Shown here in pieces: positions 52,670 through 64,000 of a stretch of DNA of 64,000 nt. The DNA comes from Eledone cirrhosa (lineage: Eukaryota). Position 1 is the stretch's first letter, and the number at the start of each line of letters is the position of its first letter. The position numbers and the translations under genes were made by a program. Location of the stretch: positions 10,912,001 through 10,976,000 of the forward strand of contig OZ024746.1 in the NCBI GenBank assembly GCA_964016885.1, written 5' to 3'. The notes beneath the pieces were generated by a model, which worked only from the letters and a program-made list of their open reading frames with translations, did not search any database and was not told where the DNA came from.

Positions 52670-53698
52670 CACTGACTAAAAAGTAGTTATAAATGGACAA
52701 GAAAAGAATCTTTTTAAAAAGAGCTATATCTAATTCAATGGAACATTATTTGATTTCTCTAGAATTTATTTCATAGGATAAAATGAAACTTTTCCACAGA
52801 GCTTATAGCAGCCTGATGCCCAATACACTGTCCTACAGATACCTGTTTAATATGAATAGTATATTTAATAATGTATTTATATTAATACATATACGAAGTT
52901 CAAACATTAAATAAAAACATAAGTGTAGGTGAAAGGGAAATAGTTTTATCTTATTTGGAACTATTATTGAAAATAATTTATTTTTTTTAAGTTTTGTAAT
53001 TTATTGTAGCATCGGTAAGTAAATCCTACATCGAAATATAATAATTTTTACAAGGTGTGGGAACTAGAGGGCCTGGAGGCAACCCAAACCTCCAAATATA
53101 GATGGCCAGGAGCAATATGTGTGACAATAAATCTATAATATTCAGAGTTGCATATGATATTAGATTTATGTCGATAATAGCTTTTAGAATTCAAAACACT
53201 ATCATGCCAGTAGCGCAGGATACACGATAGATGGTTGTTGTTGTTGTTGTTGTACCTGTAGGGGTATAAACAAATAGATATATGGAGTTTCCAGCTCTTG
53301 AGCATCCTTCATAATATTGGCTATGAGCAAAAAAGAAAAAGAAAGATCCCCCAAAATGTGGTCCAGCAACTGTCAGTGTTTTTATTTGAGATTTATCAAT
53401 TGACATGACAAGGTTCGGGTTTACTGGAAACTGAAGGGGGGGGGGGGGGGGGTAAATGGGAAAGGCTGGTCTGTGGGTATGAGTGAAATTCTGGATATTA
53501 TAGCAGTCTTTTCTTTTCGGGCAGCCAATGAGAATAGTCGCCCGAATGACAAATAGCATAAGCTTTTGAATCATTAGTCTCTTCCTATAGCTTAGCCACA
53601 GCTAATCTAAATACAGACAAAGGATTTCAGAGGATTTCAGTTGAAATCATTTGACTTAGAATTTAGATCAAATAAAAAGCGAAAATTCCAAATGAAAG

Positions 53699-53886
53699 AT
53701 AATTGTTTCTACTTTTGGCACAAGGCCAGCAATTAACCAGTACATTACTGGTACTTTATTTTATCGACCCCATAAGGATGAAAGGCAAAGTTAACCTCGA
53801 TGGGATTTCAACTCAGACTGTAAAGGGACGTAACTATGCTAGAAAGCATGGCGTCCAACCCTCTACCGATACTGCCAATTCACCGC
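53699..53886 (-). mobile_element. SINE family 1 copy with TSD
   Basis: Consensus match; TTCCAAATGAAAGATAAT duplicated on both sides. Confidence 0.9.
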
Positions 53887-54106
53887 GCTTCCAAATGAAA
53901 GATAATGAGAAATGAAAAGAAACGTAAAACACAGAGTCTGAAGTGAGGTGGCAGAAGGAGGACATAGGGTTGTTACATAAAGAGGGAAAATGGGGGAGGG
54001 AAGACGGGCATTCACACACATGAACATTTAGAAATATCCCAGTATATGTATATATATATGTCTCTCTCTCTATTTCTCTCCCTCTCTCTCCCCCTCTGTT
54101 TACATA

Positions 54107-54159
<53 letters not shown>

Positions 54160-54276
54160 ACATATATATGTCTATGTGTACAAAACTCGAATGAGTGAAT
54201 CTATCACAACCGTTTTAGCTGCACTACAATACATTACACTGTGCTATATCTACTATACTATATATTATATCTACTA

Positions 54277-54596
54277 CTAGCATTAAAGCCCGGCGTTGCT
54301 CGGGGTCAGCGTTCCTAAAGGAAGTTTGTAAGCATGTATGTAATTTTATCGAATTTTAAGGGGAGTAGAGAAAGGATATCAGATTGTATTAGAGGAGTAA
54401 AGCGTCATGTATTTAGTTTTATCGATTATTTCCGTAATTGTGGGTGAGTTTGAATGAAATAAATAGTCGTTGACCTTAGTTAGACCATTTGCAACATTTT
54501 TACAGACATTGAGTCGAATCGGTTTGAAATTCTACAAATGTATAAACATGGAACATGCATACACACACACAACAACAACAATCTGCCTTTTATAGA
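54277..54596 (-). mobile_element. Non-autonomous Helitron
   Basis: Minus strand A^TCTATAAAAGGCAG...GACCCCGAGCAACGCCGGGCTTTAATGCTAG^T. Confidence 0.75.
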
Positions 54597-55149
54597 TAAT
54601 GATACTATATATTATATGTACTATACTATATATTATATGTACTATCCCAAGATCTTAATATTTCATGTACATCTGCAATATGAAAAAGACAATATAAGAA
54701 AAGAACGGCCACAAATAATCAAATAATCAAATTATTTTATCATGTTTTACTTAACTTTTAGGAAGAAGAGATTTACAAACATTCCGGGAATACAATTATT
54801 TAATACATTAAAGTTGATGGCTTTTAACACTCTAGGCTACTAATTATTCAATTATTAAAAATCCATTACTGCCTCGAATATAATAAATATAAATTTTTTT
54901 TCATATATATTTATGTATGTGTGGTTGTGTGATTCTGTAAGTATAAACACATCTTGCACGAACTCAGATACTCACACAATCACGCAGACGTACACACATA
55001 CACACATAAATATTATATATGTATATATATATATACATATATACGCATACATGCATATACAAATGGTGTAAGAATAAATGTACATACATTCATACATACA
55101 TACATACATACATACATACATACATACATACATACATACATACATACAT

Positions 55150-55650
55150 AGAATTTATTGAGACAGATGGCACTAAGGAATACTGGTGGAACCTGAAAAT
55201 AAAAACTGCCACCAAATTAAAGCACAACCGGCCTGATATTGTTGTTTGGGACCACACATTGAAAACGTGTTCTGTTGTGGAGATCAGCTGCCCACTTGAT
55301 GTAAACGTTGTCAGAAAAATACAGGAGAAGGAGGACATCTACGGACCATTGATGAGGAGTTTACAAATCCAGTATCCAAGATACACCTTTAGCTTCATAC
55401 CCATCATTATTGGAGCTATGGGTTATATACCAACACGTTTGGACCAAAGTATGACTGAACTTGGATTTGCGGACAAAGAGCGCGGCTCCCTAATTCATAG
55501 TCTACAAATGGCTGCGATAGCTGGCACCTTCAAAATTTGCAAAACATTCTTGCGATTCAAGGGATGACAATTTCTTTTCTTTTACAACCTTGCCACCAGG
55601 AAGGTGGCCGGTCAAAAAAATATACTCGAAATTAAGAGAAAGAGAAAACA
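55150..55650 (+). mobile_element. 5'-truncated R4/Dong-type LINE (RLE domain plus 3' UTR) in (TACA)n
   Basis: YWWNLKIKTATKLKHNRPDIVVWD...VVEISCPLD...EKEDIYGPL...IPIIIGAMG, stop at 55567. Preceded by (TACA)n and followed by ACATACATA. Confidence 0.9.
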
Positions 55651-55869
55651 TACATATATAAATAAATGCTATATTTATTATATTCAAGGCTGCGATAGAT
55701 TTTTGATAATTGGATAATCAGTTAACCGTGATATATATACACACATGTATACAGGGGCGGTAGAAATGAAGGGAGAGGGGCAACCCCCAATAATTATATT
55801 TTTCATCTTAAACTACCAAAACACACATCAATTTGTATATGCCCTACAATTTATGTACATGTTATGTAG

Positions 55870-56240
55870 AGAGAAGTGGGAGAGATAGATATAGATATAG
55901 AGAGAGGGAGAATTTGGCGGTAATTGATATAGAGAGGGTAATTGGAAGAGAGTTCCGTATAGTAGATATAGAGAAGAGGAGAGATTGGTGTAAATTAATA
56001 TAGAGACGGGGATTAGAAGAGAATGCGGTTGATGTAGTGAGGGGGGGGGGGAGTTGGGTGATAATTGATATAGAGAGGTGGATTGGGAGAGTGGTGTATG
56101 ATTGTATGTATAGCGGGGGGATATTTTGGTATTAATTGATATAGAGAGGGGATTGGAAGAGAGTGTCGTGTAGTAGATATAGAGAGGGGAAGAACTTGGC
56201 GTTAATTGATATAGAGAGGGGTATTGGTAGAGAATACAAA
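55870..56240. repeat. Degenerate purine-rich tandem repeat (~65-75-bp period, TAATTGATATAGAGAGGG core)
   Basis: Core recurs near 55922, 55993, 56062, 56134 and 56203. Confidence 0.7.
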
Positions 56241-56359
56241 TGTATGTATATATATATATATATATAACGAAGGAAATGTGGTAAGGAACCAGGTGGACCA
56301 TAACGCACCAAATTAGCCGTCAAAACGGCTTGAGCTCAGCCGTCGGAGTCCTACTCGTT

Positions 56360-56409
<50 letters not shown>

Positions 56410-57309
56410 CCACAAATATTTACGTGGCAGGTTATTTTGTCGTCTCTTCGTTATTGTTTATATTCCAGTATAATGCTTATATATTCATGACCAGGTGTGA
56501 ATCTAAACAGGTCTCATGTCACTGTTAGCTGTTTATTAACTCCTTTGTTTCAGAACTTTGATGTTATTATTTCATTATCAGGACTACTTACATGAATGCG
56601 GAGTGTGTCTATGGATTATTCATTTGTGCTGAATTGCTGACAAATATGCTTGTTAATCACCCCAATACTTTTCTCTTGCTCTTTCTCTATTTTCATTTTC
56701 TTTTTATTGAATACAGGGGGAATATCATTGAAAGTGAAAGTTGTCAAACATCCCAACACATTTCAGAGGTAATACACATAGTCGTGTCAGTTACTGAATA
56801 ATACAGCTTATCGTAAGGACCAATTAAGAAAATGTTATAATCCGTTCCTTTCAATATCCCAATGGGAACCACTACAACCACGATCAATAATACAGCAACA
56901 ATTATCTTCATCACCGCCAACAGCATCATTACCACCACCATCATCATCATCACTATCTTTAACACCATCAATACAATACTCATGCAACACTATTTAACGT
57001 AATTTTAATAACTCTGTACATATAATTAGACAACACCTATATCTGTAATATGTTATTTAAAACTAATTCCAGTGAACGTGATTGGACCTGCGCTGTACGA
57101 GTAAAAACTAGTACTTAAAACCCGGTTGTTCTTATTGCTGTTGTTGCTATTGCTGTTGCTGCTTTGCTCGAGGCCAGCCCTGACATCGAGCAAATATATA
57201 AACAAAGGTGGTAATTAATGTGTGTGGATATTATTTGAGGAAAATGTCGCTGTTATTTCTACCACGCCAAACAACAGCATAAATTCCCCTTCGTTTGCGT
57301 GTGGAGTGT

Positions 57310-58180
57310 CTATAACGTAGCTTTTCATATCGCCTGAGGTTGCCAGGCCATCGTTTCTGTAAAGGCTGGAACTAAGGGGATGCGTTGTTTTTCTTTTACT
57401 TACATGGTCAGCGACCTTAACCCCGCCGTAGAACCCAATGGACACGTCGAACAATGGACCCCTTTCCTTTTTTGCCTAGTGAGACTTGTCGTGGAACAAG
57501 CGACTTCCTCATGTTTCGAAACACTCTAATATTGCGGTCACTGATCTTGGTGAACAGCTTTCAGTAGGAAGAAATTCGATTTGGAAGAGTAAAAGTTTAT
57601 GAAATCGAACTAGCTAATATTGTAGTTTGTCGTGTTCTCGATGCCGCAGAACCAGTTTAGGACGGTGTTGCAGGAGTCCCATTGATGCCACTGAGAATGT
57701 TATTACTAATGTTTTCTATCTCCCAGATAGAGGAGTTAGCTCACAGCTCCGGACGGAGGGGAAGTTTGATTTGTGGTCCAGGAGACTGGCTATTTACTTT
57801 GCTTCAGTCTATATGATGCTCTATGTTGTGGTGAAGGGTTTCTTGTATGTGTTGGTAATGGGGTTAGACAGGAGTCTTTCGTGTGTGGTGGTGTTTGTTT
57901 CGTATATGTTCTTTGTTTAGGTGTCGAGAATATGTACATTTGGGGACTGTTTGAGTTGTTTAAAGAGTTTAACGGTATCAGAATGTTACAAGAACTTTAC
58001 CTTTCTAATGAGGTTTGTTAAATTAATCTCGAATCTCTCAAGGTCTTAAATTTGGGTGAAGGACATTTTGTGCTTTAAAGTCGTACTTGTTTTTGAAGTA
58101 GACCTTGTAACGCATGCGCCTGGTAATGCTTTTCGCTTTCTCAATAAGCTGTGTGATAATGATATGTTCTTGAGTGAGAA
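57310..58180 (-). pseudogene. Degenerate Penelope-like (Naiad-like) RT
   Basis: LIEKAKSITRRMRYKVYF..YDFKAQ..PNLRP and FDVSIGFYGGVKVADHV...LYRNDGLA resemble FDVxMGSYDGAEV and YRDDG. Confidence 0.75.
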
Positions 58181-58519
58181 CTGAAGTGGTTGTTTTTTCA
58201 TCTCGAACTGCTAGTTGTTTATTTATAGATGGCACTCGACAATGTCTGGAGCAGACAATTCAGTGCCATCAGCTGATGTATTCTTTACGTCATCTGTATG
58301 GTTTAAACATCTCGCGTCGCTATAGTGGATATAAAACCACGTTTTCTTAAAACACCTGTTCACCAAATTTATACCAAATTTTACTAAATTTTTATATCTC
58401 ATCTGAAAGAAATGTGTGTATTTATAGCCATTTGGGTAATGCAAAAAGAAGTTAAACCCCTAATATATGTATGTATACGGGTATATAAGTATTATGCAAG
58501 TATTTAGGATAATGGAATA

Positions 58520-59190
58520 GTCTTACATAATATTTTATTATAAATACTTTATTTCTTACATAATACTTTATTATAAATACGTTATTTCTTACATAATATT
58601 TTATTATAAATACTTTATTTCTTACATAATATTTTATTATAAATACTTTATTTCTTACATAATACTTTATTTCTTACATAATATTTTATTATAAATACTT
58701 TATTTCTTACATAATACTTTATTATAAATACTTTATTTCTTATATAATACTTTATTTCTTATATAATACTTTATTATAAATGCTTTATTTCTTATATAAT
58801 ACTTTATTTCTTATATAATACTTTATTATAAATACTTTATTTCTTACATAATACTTTATTATAAATACTTTATTTCTTATATAATACTTTATTTCTTACA
58901 TAATACTTTATTTCTTACATAATACTTTATTATAAATACTTTATTTCTTATATAATACTTTATTTCTTATATAATACTTTATTATAAATACTTTATTTCT
59001 TACATAATACTTTATTATAAATACTGTATTTCTTACATAATACTTTATTTCTTACATAATACTTTATTTCTTACATAATACTTTATTATAAATACTTTAT
59101 TTCTTATATAATACTTTATTATAAATACTTTATTTCTTACATAATACTTTATTATAAATATTTTATTTCTTATATAATACCTTATTATAA
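58520..59190. repeat. AT-rich minisatellite of mixed 33-bp and 19-bp units
   Basis: TTATTTCTTA(C/T)ATAATACT with or without TTATTATAAATACT. Confidence 0.95.
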
Positions 59191-60015
59191 AGGTCTTTAT
59201 TCCATCATCCTAAATATTTCTCCAGTCAGCTTGCCTTTCTTATTTTGTTTGTGGATTCATTAAATATTGATAACTGGGGAATTTGTACCTAACTGTAATA
59301 CTAATCCCAAAATGCTAGCGAGAAATTATTACATAAGACTAACCTAACACTGTGGAAATACATCAAAAGGAAGTCTTTGATGTTAACCTACTGATCCATT
59401 AAATGATAGTGGAATGAACGTTTATTTGGGGATTTACACATCGCACACTAATTTCACAGATAATGGAATAATTTTTCTTTGATGACCCATAATAAAATAC
59501 CACTAGAGCAAAATCCCATCAGATTCTTTGTTTCGAATGATTATTTCTATACATGCATGAAACCTAATTTACAAATCCGGAAGAAACTACATACTCAATT
59601 TGGTTATGCTTTCATAATCATACTAAACAGCGTAGTAACACAGAATAATGTCAGACTAAACAATGTAGATATACTATATTGAATAGAGTTTAATTATTTG
59701 TATGATTAGAACAATACAGCTGCCTATGGGTCTAGTGAATTGTGTACAGCATGAAATATTTAAAACCTCGCTGCACAAAACATCCATTTGCCATCAAATA
59801 ATTACAAATCTATTGTAAAATTACACAACTTGAAGCGAAATTTCACAAGAAGAAAAAATATTACATATATCTATGGAATGTATACGATCTAATGAAAGAT
59901 ATATAAGAAACTAAATACACAGCATATGATTATAATTGAGTTAGTCATAGTGAAATGATTTCCTGAAAATATATTGCTCACATGATAGTATATATATATA
60001 TATATATATACATAT

Positions 60016-60145
<130 letters not shown>

Positions 60146-60849
60146 GTAACGAACGAAACAAATATGATAAAAAATAATTAGAGAGACAATATATGTTTGG
60201 CACCGAAAAGTCTTTTACATTTATCTATAATATTATTCCCTAAAGAGCCCCTATAAACTTTACCGATTTAAATTTATATTCGATTTAACTAGCTGCAGCT
60301 TAGAATGCATTCACTGCTGAATACCAAACTTGAAAACTGATAGGCTAATTGTAATTTCTATTTCAGGAAATATAAAGCACAAATGGTGAGATTAATAACG
60401 AACAATGAAACAATTTAAACAGCAAGCTTAAAGGTTACTCCAATGATTGTTTCACAACCAGCAGCTAAAATTTCCACATATTAAGATAACATATTATTCT
60501 AGGTAAACTCTTACTAACGATTTATCAAGATCTCGCAAATATGAAAACTACTAAATAATTATATTATAAATGTAGCTTAGAGAGGAAAGAAATGTTAGTC
60601 TGTAAAGGTTACAAAATCAGTCACCTTTAAAATAAACCAATAGAATTCTAACTTACAACCTACTTTTAACAACACATCAAACCTTGAAAACTTAACTGCT
60701 CATACCGGAAGAAAACCTCTCCCCGGGGGATATTTGAAAGAAATTCTAGCTGCAAAATAATAAACAAATCATGGATTGCTCTAGAGGTTTGAAATACAAA
60801 AACAAAAATTTATGTTAATTAATTACTAGCGGTCTCATGGCATGGATTT

Positions 60850-61500
60850 TGGTAATAACAAGTGTGAGTAAAATAGAATAAGAAGTGAATATAATCATCG
60901 GATGTATTAGAAAATAGAATGAAAACCGAATAAAACCTAGCAGAAATAGTAATGGAAAGTAATATTTATTTTATAGAAAATTACAAAAGACTGATGCTAA
61001 AAGATAGACTATGAACCTTCTCTAATAAAGTTACACAAAACGACAGTTCACTGACAAACAAACCAAGTATTAGCTTTAATCTTTTGGGCTAAATTGACAA
61101 CACTGAGTGTATTAAGGAAACCTAAAAAAATCAGGAAATACCTGGAAAACAACTAAGCCTGAGATACGCAGTATATACATTTTGTACAACAGTCAAAATG
61201 AGAGGAAAATTATATGAGACATTTGAAATTTGGTTACGAGTGAATACATGATTGGAGATGACAAAGTTTTATGCATTGGAAGATTTGGTGCAACAACTAG
61301 ACAGAATAGGAGATAAAGTGGTATATATATAATCCAACATCAAATTCTAATTGGAAATGGCAGCAGCGACATTGCCATAAAACCAACCAAAATTTGTGAG
61401 CAAAACATCTCAGAAATTTATCAGGTAAAGAGTTAAGCTAATCACAGAACGTGATTGAAATAGTAACCAAGAAAAGGAAGAACATATTGAATAATATAGA
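60850..61500 (+). pseudogene. Possible very old LINE RT remnant
   Basis: TVKMRGKLYETFEI and ALEDLVQQLDRIGDKV loosely resemble RTE RT segments; many stops. Confidence 0.3.
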
Positions 61501-62175
61501 ACTAGGTCGACTATGGCTGAAGACATGACAGAATGGTAATCGCTAGAACATTTCTTAACATAGGTCTGCTCGATCATGGCTAACTTTGGCTTAAATCACT
61601 ACAAAAATAACAACCAGTTGTTTCTAAAATCACGATTCCTACAAAGCAAAAACCTTGAAACTACGAGATTTTCTTACCCGAAACATTAGGATTGGAAACA
61701 GGAAGTCTTTACCATTGTAATTGTTTCATTTACTAAATAAGAAGACATTATTTTAAGCTAGGAACATAAACAATTCTTTTTTTGTGTTATTTATTTACTG
61801 GGCCGCGTAAACCTGTTTTTCTTTAAATACTGCAATTATATGTAATTTAAGATTCTTCTGCCATATACAACTTAATATATGAATAAATATAGAAACCGTA
61901 CACTATACTTGTATCTGATGTAGCCGATAGGATATGTGTACAGACAATTTAATAGACACCAATACTTGACTGGCAGTTATTTTATCGACTTCCATGGGGG
62001 GAAAATGTAAAGTTGACTTTCGCGTGACTTAAATGTAAAAGGACATTACTAAACACAGAAAAGCATTTTATTCGACACATTATCTGCTATTTAATTACTA
62101 ACAACAACAACAACAACAACAACAGCAATAACAACGACGACAACAATAACATCAACAACGGCGATAATATTGATA

Positions 62176-62301
62176 ATGTTTCTAATCAAGGCCAACAATT
62201 TTTGGTGAGGGAAAAGTCAGTTAAATGGCCCCTTCTCCAGTACATTACTGGTACTTTATTTTATCGACCCCGTAAGGATGAAAGACAAAGCTAACCTCAG
62301 C
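62176..62301 (-). mobile_element. 5'-truncated SINE family 1 copy
   Basis: CTGGTACTTTATTTTATCGACCCCGTAAGGATGAAAG core. Confidence 0.75.
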
Positions 62302-62336
<35 letters not shown>

Positions 62337-62595
62337 TAGGATCAAATCAGGGTTAATGTTTAAAGCAACAAAGTAAAAAATATCAGAAAACATGGCATGT
62401 CCGACATTTCAACCAATCAGGCTTAAGGTGCAATATTGATGAAGGGAGAATAGGCTGAAAACTCGCCTGCTCCATTGAAAAGCTTACATACATACTTTTG
62501 CTTCATTATAGGGCTTCCCTCACTTTCACATTCTCTCTCCTCCTAATATAGAAATATTTCTCGCTTTCCCCTTACTTCCTCATGTTCTCTCCCCC

Positions 62596-62700
<105 letters not shown>

Positions 62701-63095
62701 TACACACACACACTCACACACACATACACATATATATATATATACACATACATATATATATATATATAAATGAAAGTATAGAAATTATTGTGAGCGTGAA
62801 GCCAACAGTATTTCATAATATATAAGTGACTATAACGTCAAAATGGAAAATAATTAACGTAAGATGTGGGAAAATAATTCAAACTCAATTAAAAAAAAAT
62901 CAAGACGTAGATTTATCCATAGAATTTTGTGAAATCGAGGGAAAATTCAATAGAGCCTTAACTCTGAATAAAATAAAGTTTAAATACTCATCCTTCAATT
63001 TGGGGAAAAACTTCAAATGCTCTATATAGTCTTAAAAATACTATTTCACGAAACTTATATATATATATAAATATAGTTTCCATTTGTTTACTATC

Positions 63096-63157
<62 letters not shown>

Positions 63158-63199
63158 GATAGTAAACAAATGGAAACTATATTTATAAAACCATATTTA

Positions 63200-63261
63200 T
63201 TTCATTATACATATTTCAGGGATACCATATTAAAATTATGGCATGCCTTCGTCAGATAAAA
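63200..63261 (-). ncRNA. Type I hammerhead ribozyme, family A
   Basis: Minus strand UUUUAU-CUGACGA-AGGcAUGCCAUA..UAUGGUAUcCCU-GAAA-UAUGUA-UA-AUGAAA. Confidence 0.88.
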
Positions 63262-63394
63262 TACAATATATAAACTGTTTTATAAATAATTTTGACGTAC
63301 CATAAATATAGGCGACCATTAAGGTAGGAAGCTGGCTTGGTCGCCTATATTTATGGTACGTCAAAATTATTTATAAAACAGTTTATATATTGTA

Positions 63395-63456
63395 TTTTAT
63401 CTGACGAAGGCATGCCATATTTTTAATATGGTATCCCTGAAATATGTATAATGAAA
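63395..63456 (+). ncRNA. Type I hammerhead ribozyme, family A
   Basis: UUUUAU-CUGACGA-AGGcAUGCCAUAUU(UUU)AAUAUGGUAUcCCU-GAAA-UAUGUA-UA-AUGAAA. Confidence 0.9.
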
Positions 63457-63589
63457 TAAATATGGTTTTATAAATATAGTTTCCATTTGTTTACTATCGT
63501 ATATCTACTCCAAAAACTTGTCGAGTGTTTTATATCGGTTATAAAATATTTACTTGTTGTAACCCAACAATCTTAAATAAAACTTTTGC

Positions 63590-63650
<61 letters not shown>

Positions 63651-64000
63651 CCATTCCACTCAGTATGTTTCTCTTTATTTTCCCTTCACTTTCCCTATCA
63701 CTTTCATTACACCATTCCAATACATTTGTGTTTCATTTGTGTAATACATATTCGTGTTAAGTGTTTTTGCTATTGTTATTAATTTTGTTGATGCTGTTTA
63801 TATGCTTCTTTGTACTAAACTAGTGTGAAACGCATTCATGCGAGAGAAAAAAAACTACTCAATGCATCAACATGAGTTGGCAGCGTCTGTTTCGAATCAG
63901 TGTTTCTTACATTTCTAAACAACTGATAAAGCTACTAATTACACGGTGTAAGGTAGTCAGGTCACTTTGGTGAAATGGTTATACCAGTCCTCCAGAGGTT

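Larger units (their letters stand above)
63066..63590. mobile_element. Family A fold-back element with two opposite-strand hammerheads
   Basis: ~63155-63319 is inverted at 63339-63504 with a ~19-nt spacer; an extra terminal fragment lies at 63066-63098; flanked by (TA)n. Confidence 0.9.

Overview
AT-rich eukaryotic non-coding DNA, extremely dense in microsatellites. The SINE content suggests a mollusc, probably a cephalopod such as Octopus (inference). No intact protein-coding gene is visible; almost all listed ORFs are microsatellite translations. The window is a mosaic of mobile-element debris: about 15-20 copies of a tRNA-derived SINE, microsatellite-associated R4/Dong-type LINE fragments, RTE LINE fragments, three copies of a ~600-bp (TGTA)n-tailed retroposon, mariner and hAT transposase relics, two non-autonomous Helitrons, and Penelope-like element (PLE) RT and GIY-YIG fragments. 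The most striking signal is a set of short non-coding elements embedded in (TA)n tracts that carry type I hammerhead ribozymes (HHRs). By eye I can fold 11 with a complete core, from at least 4 unrelated families, including two U3-A8 core variants, plus several degenerate ones. Many occur as fold-back palindromes that place a ribozyme on each strand. Coordinates were read by eye and may be off by a few bases; no folding or database search was run.
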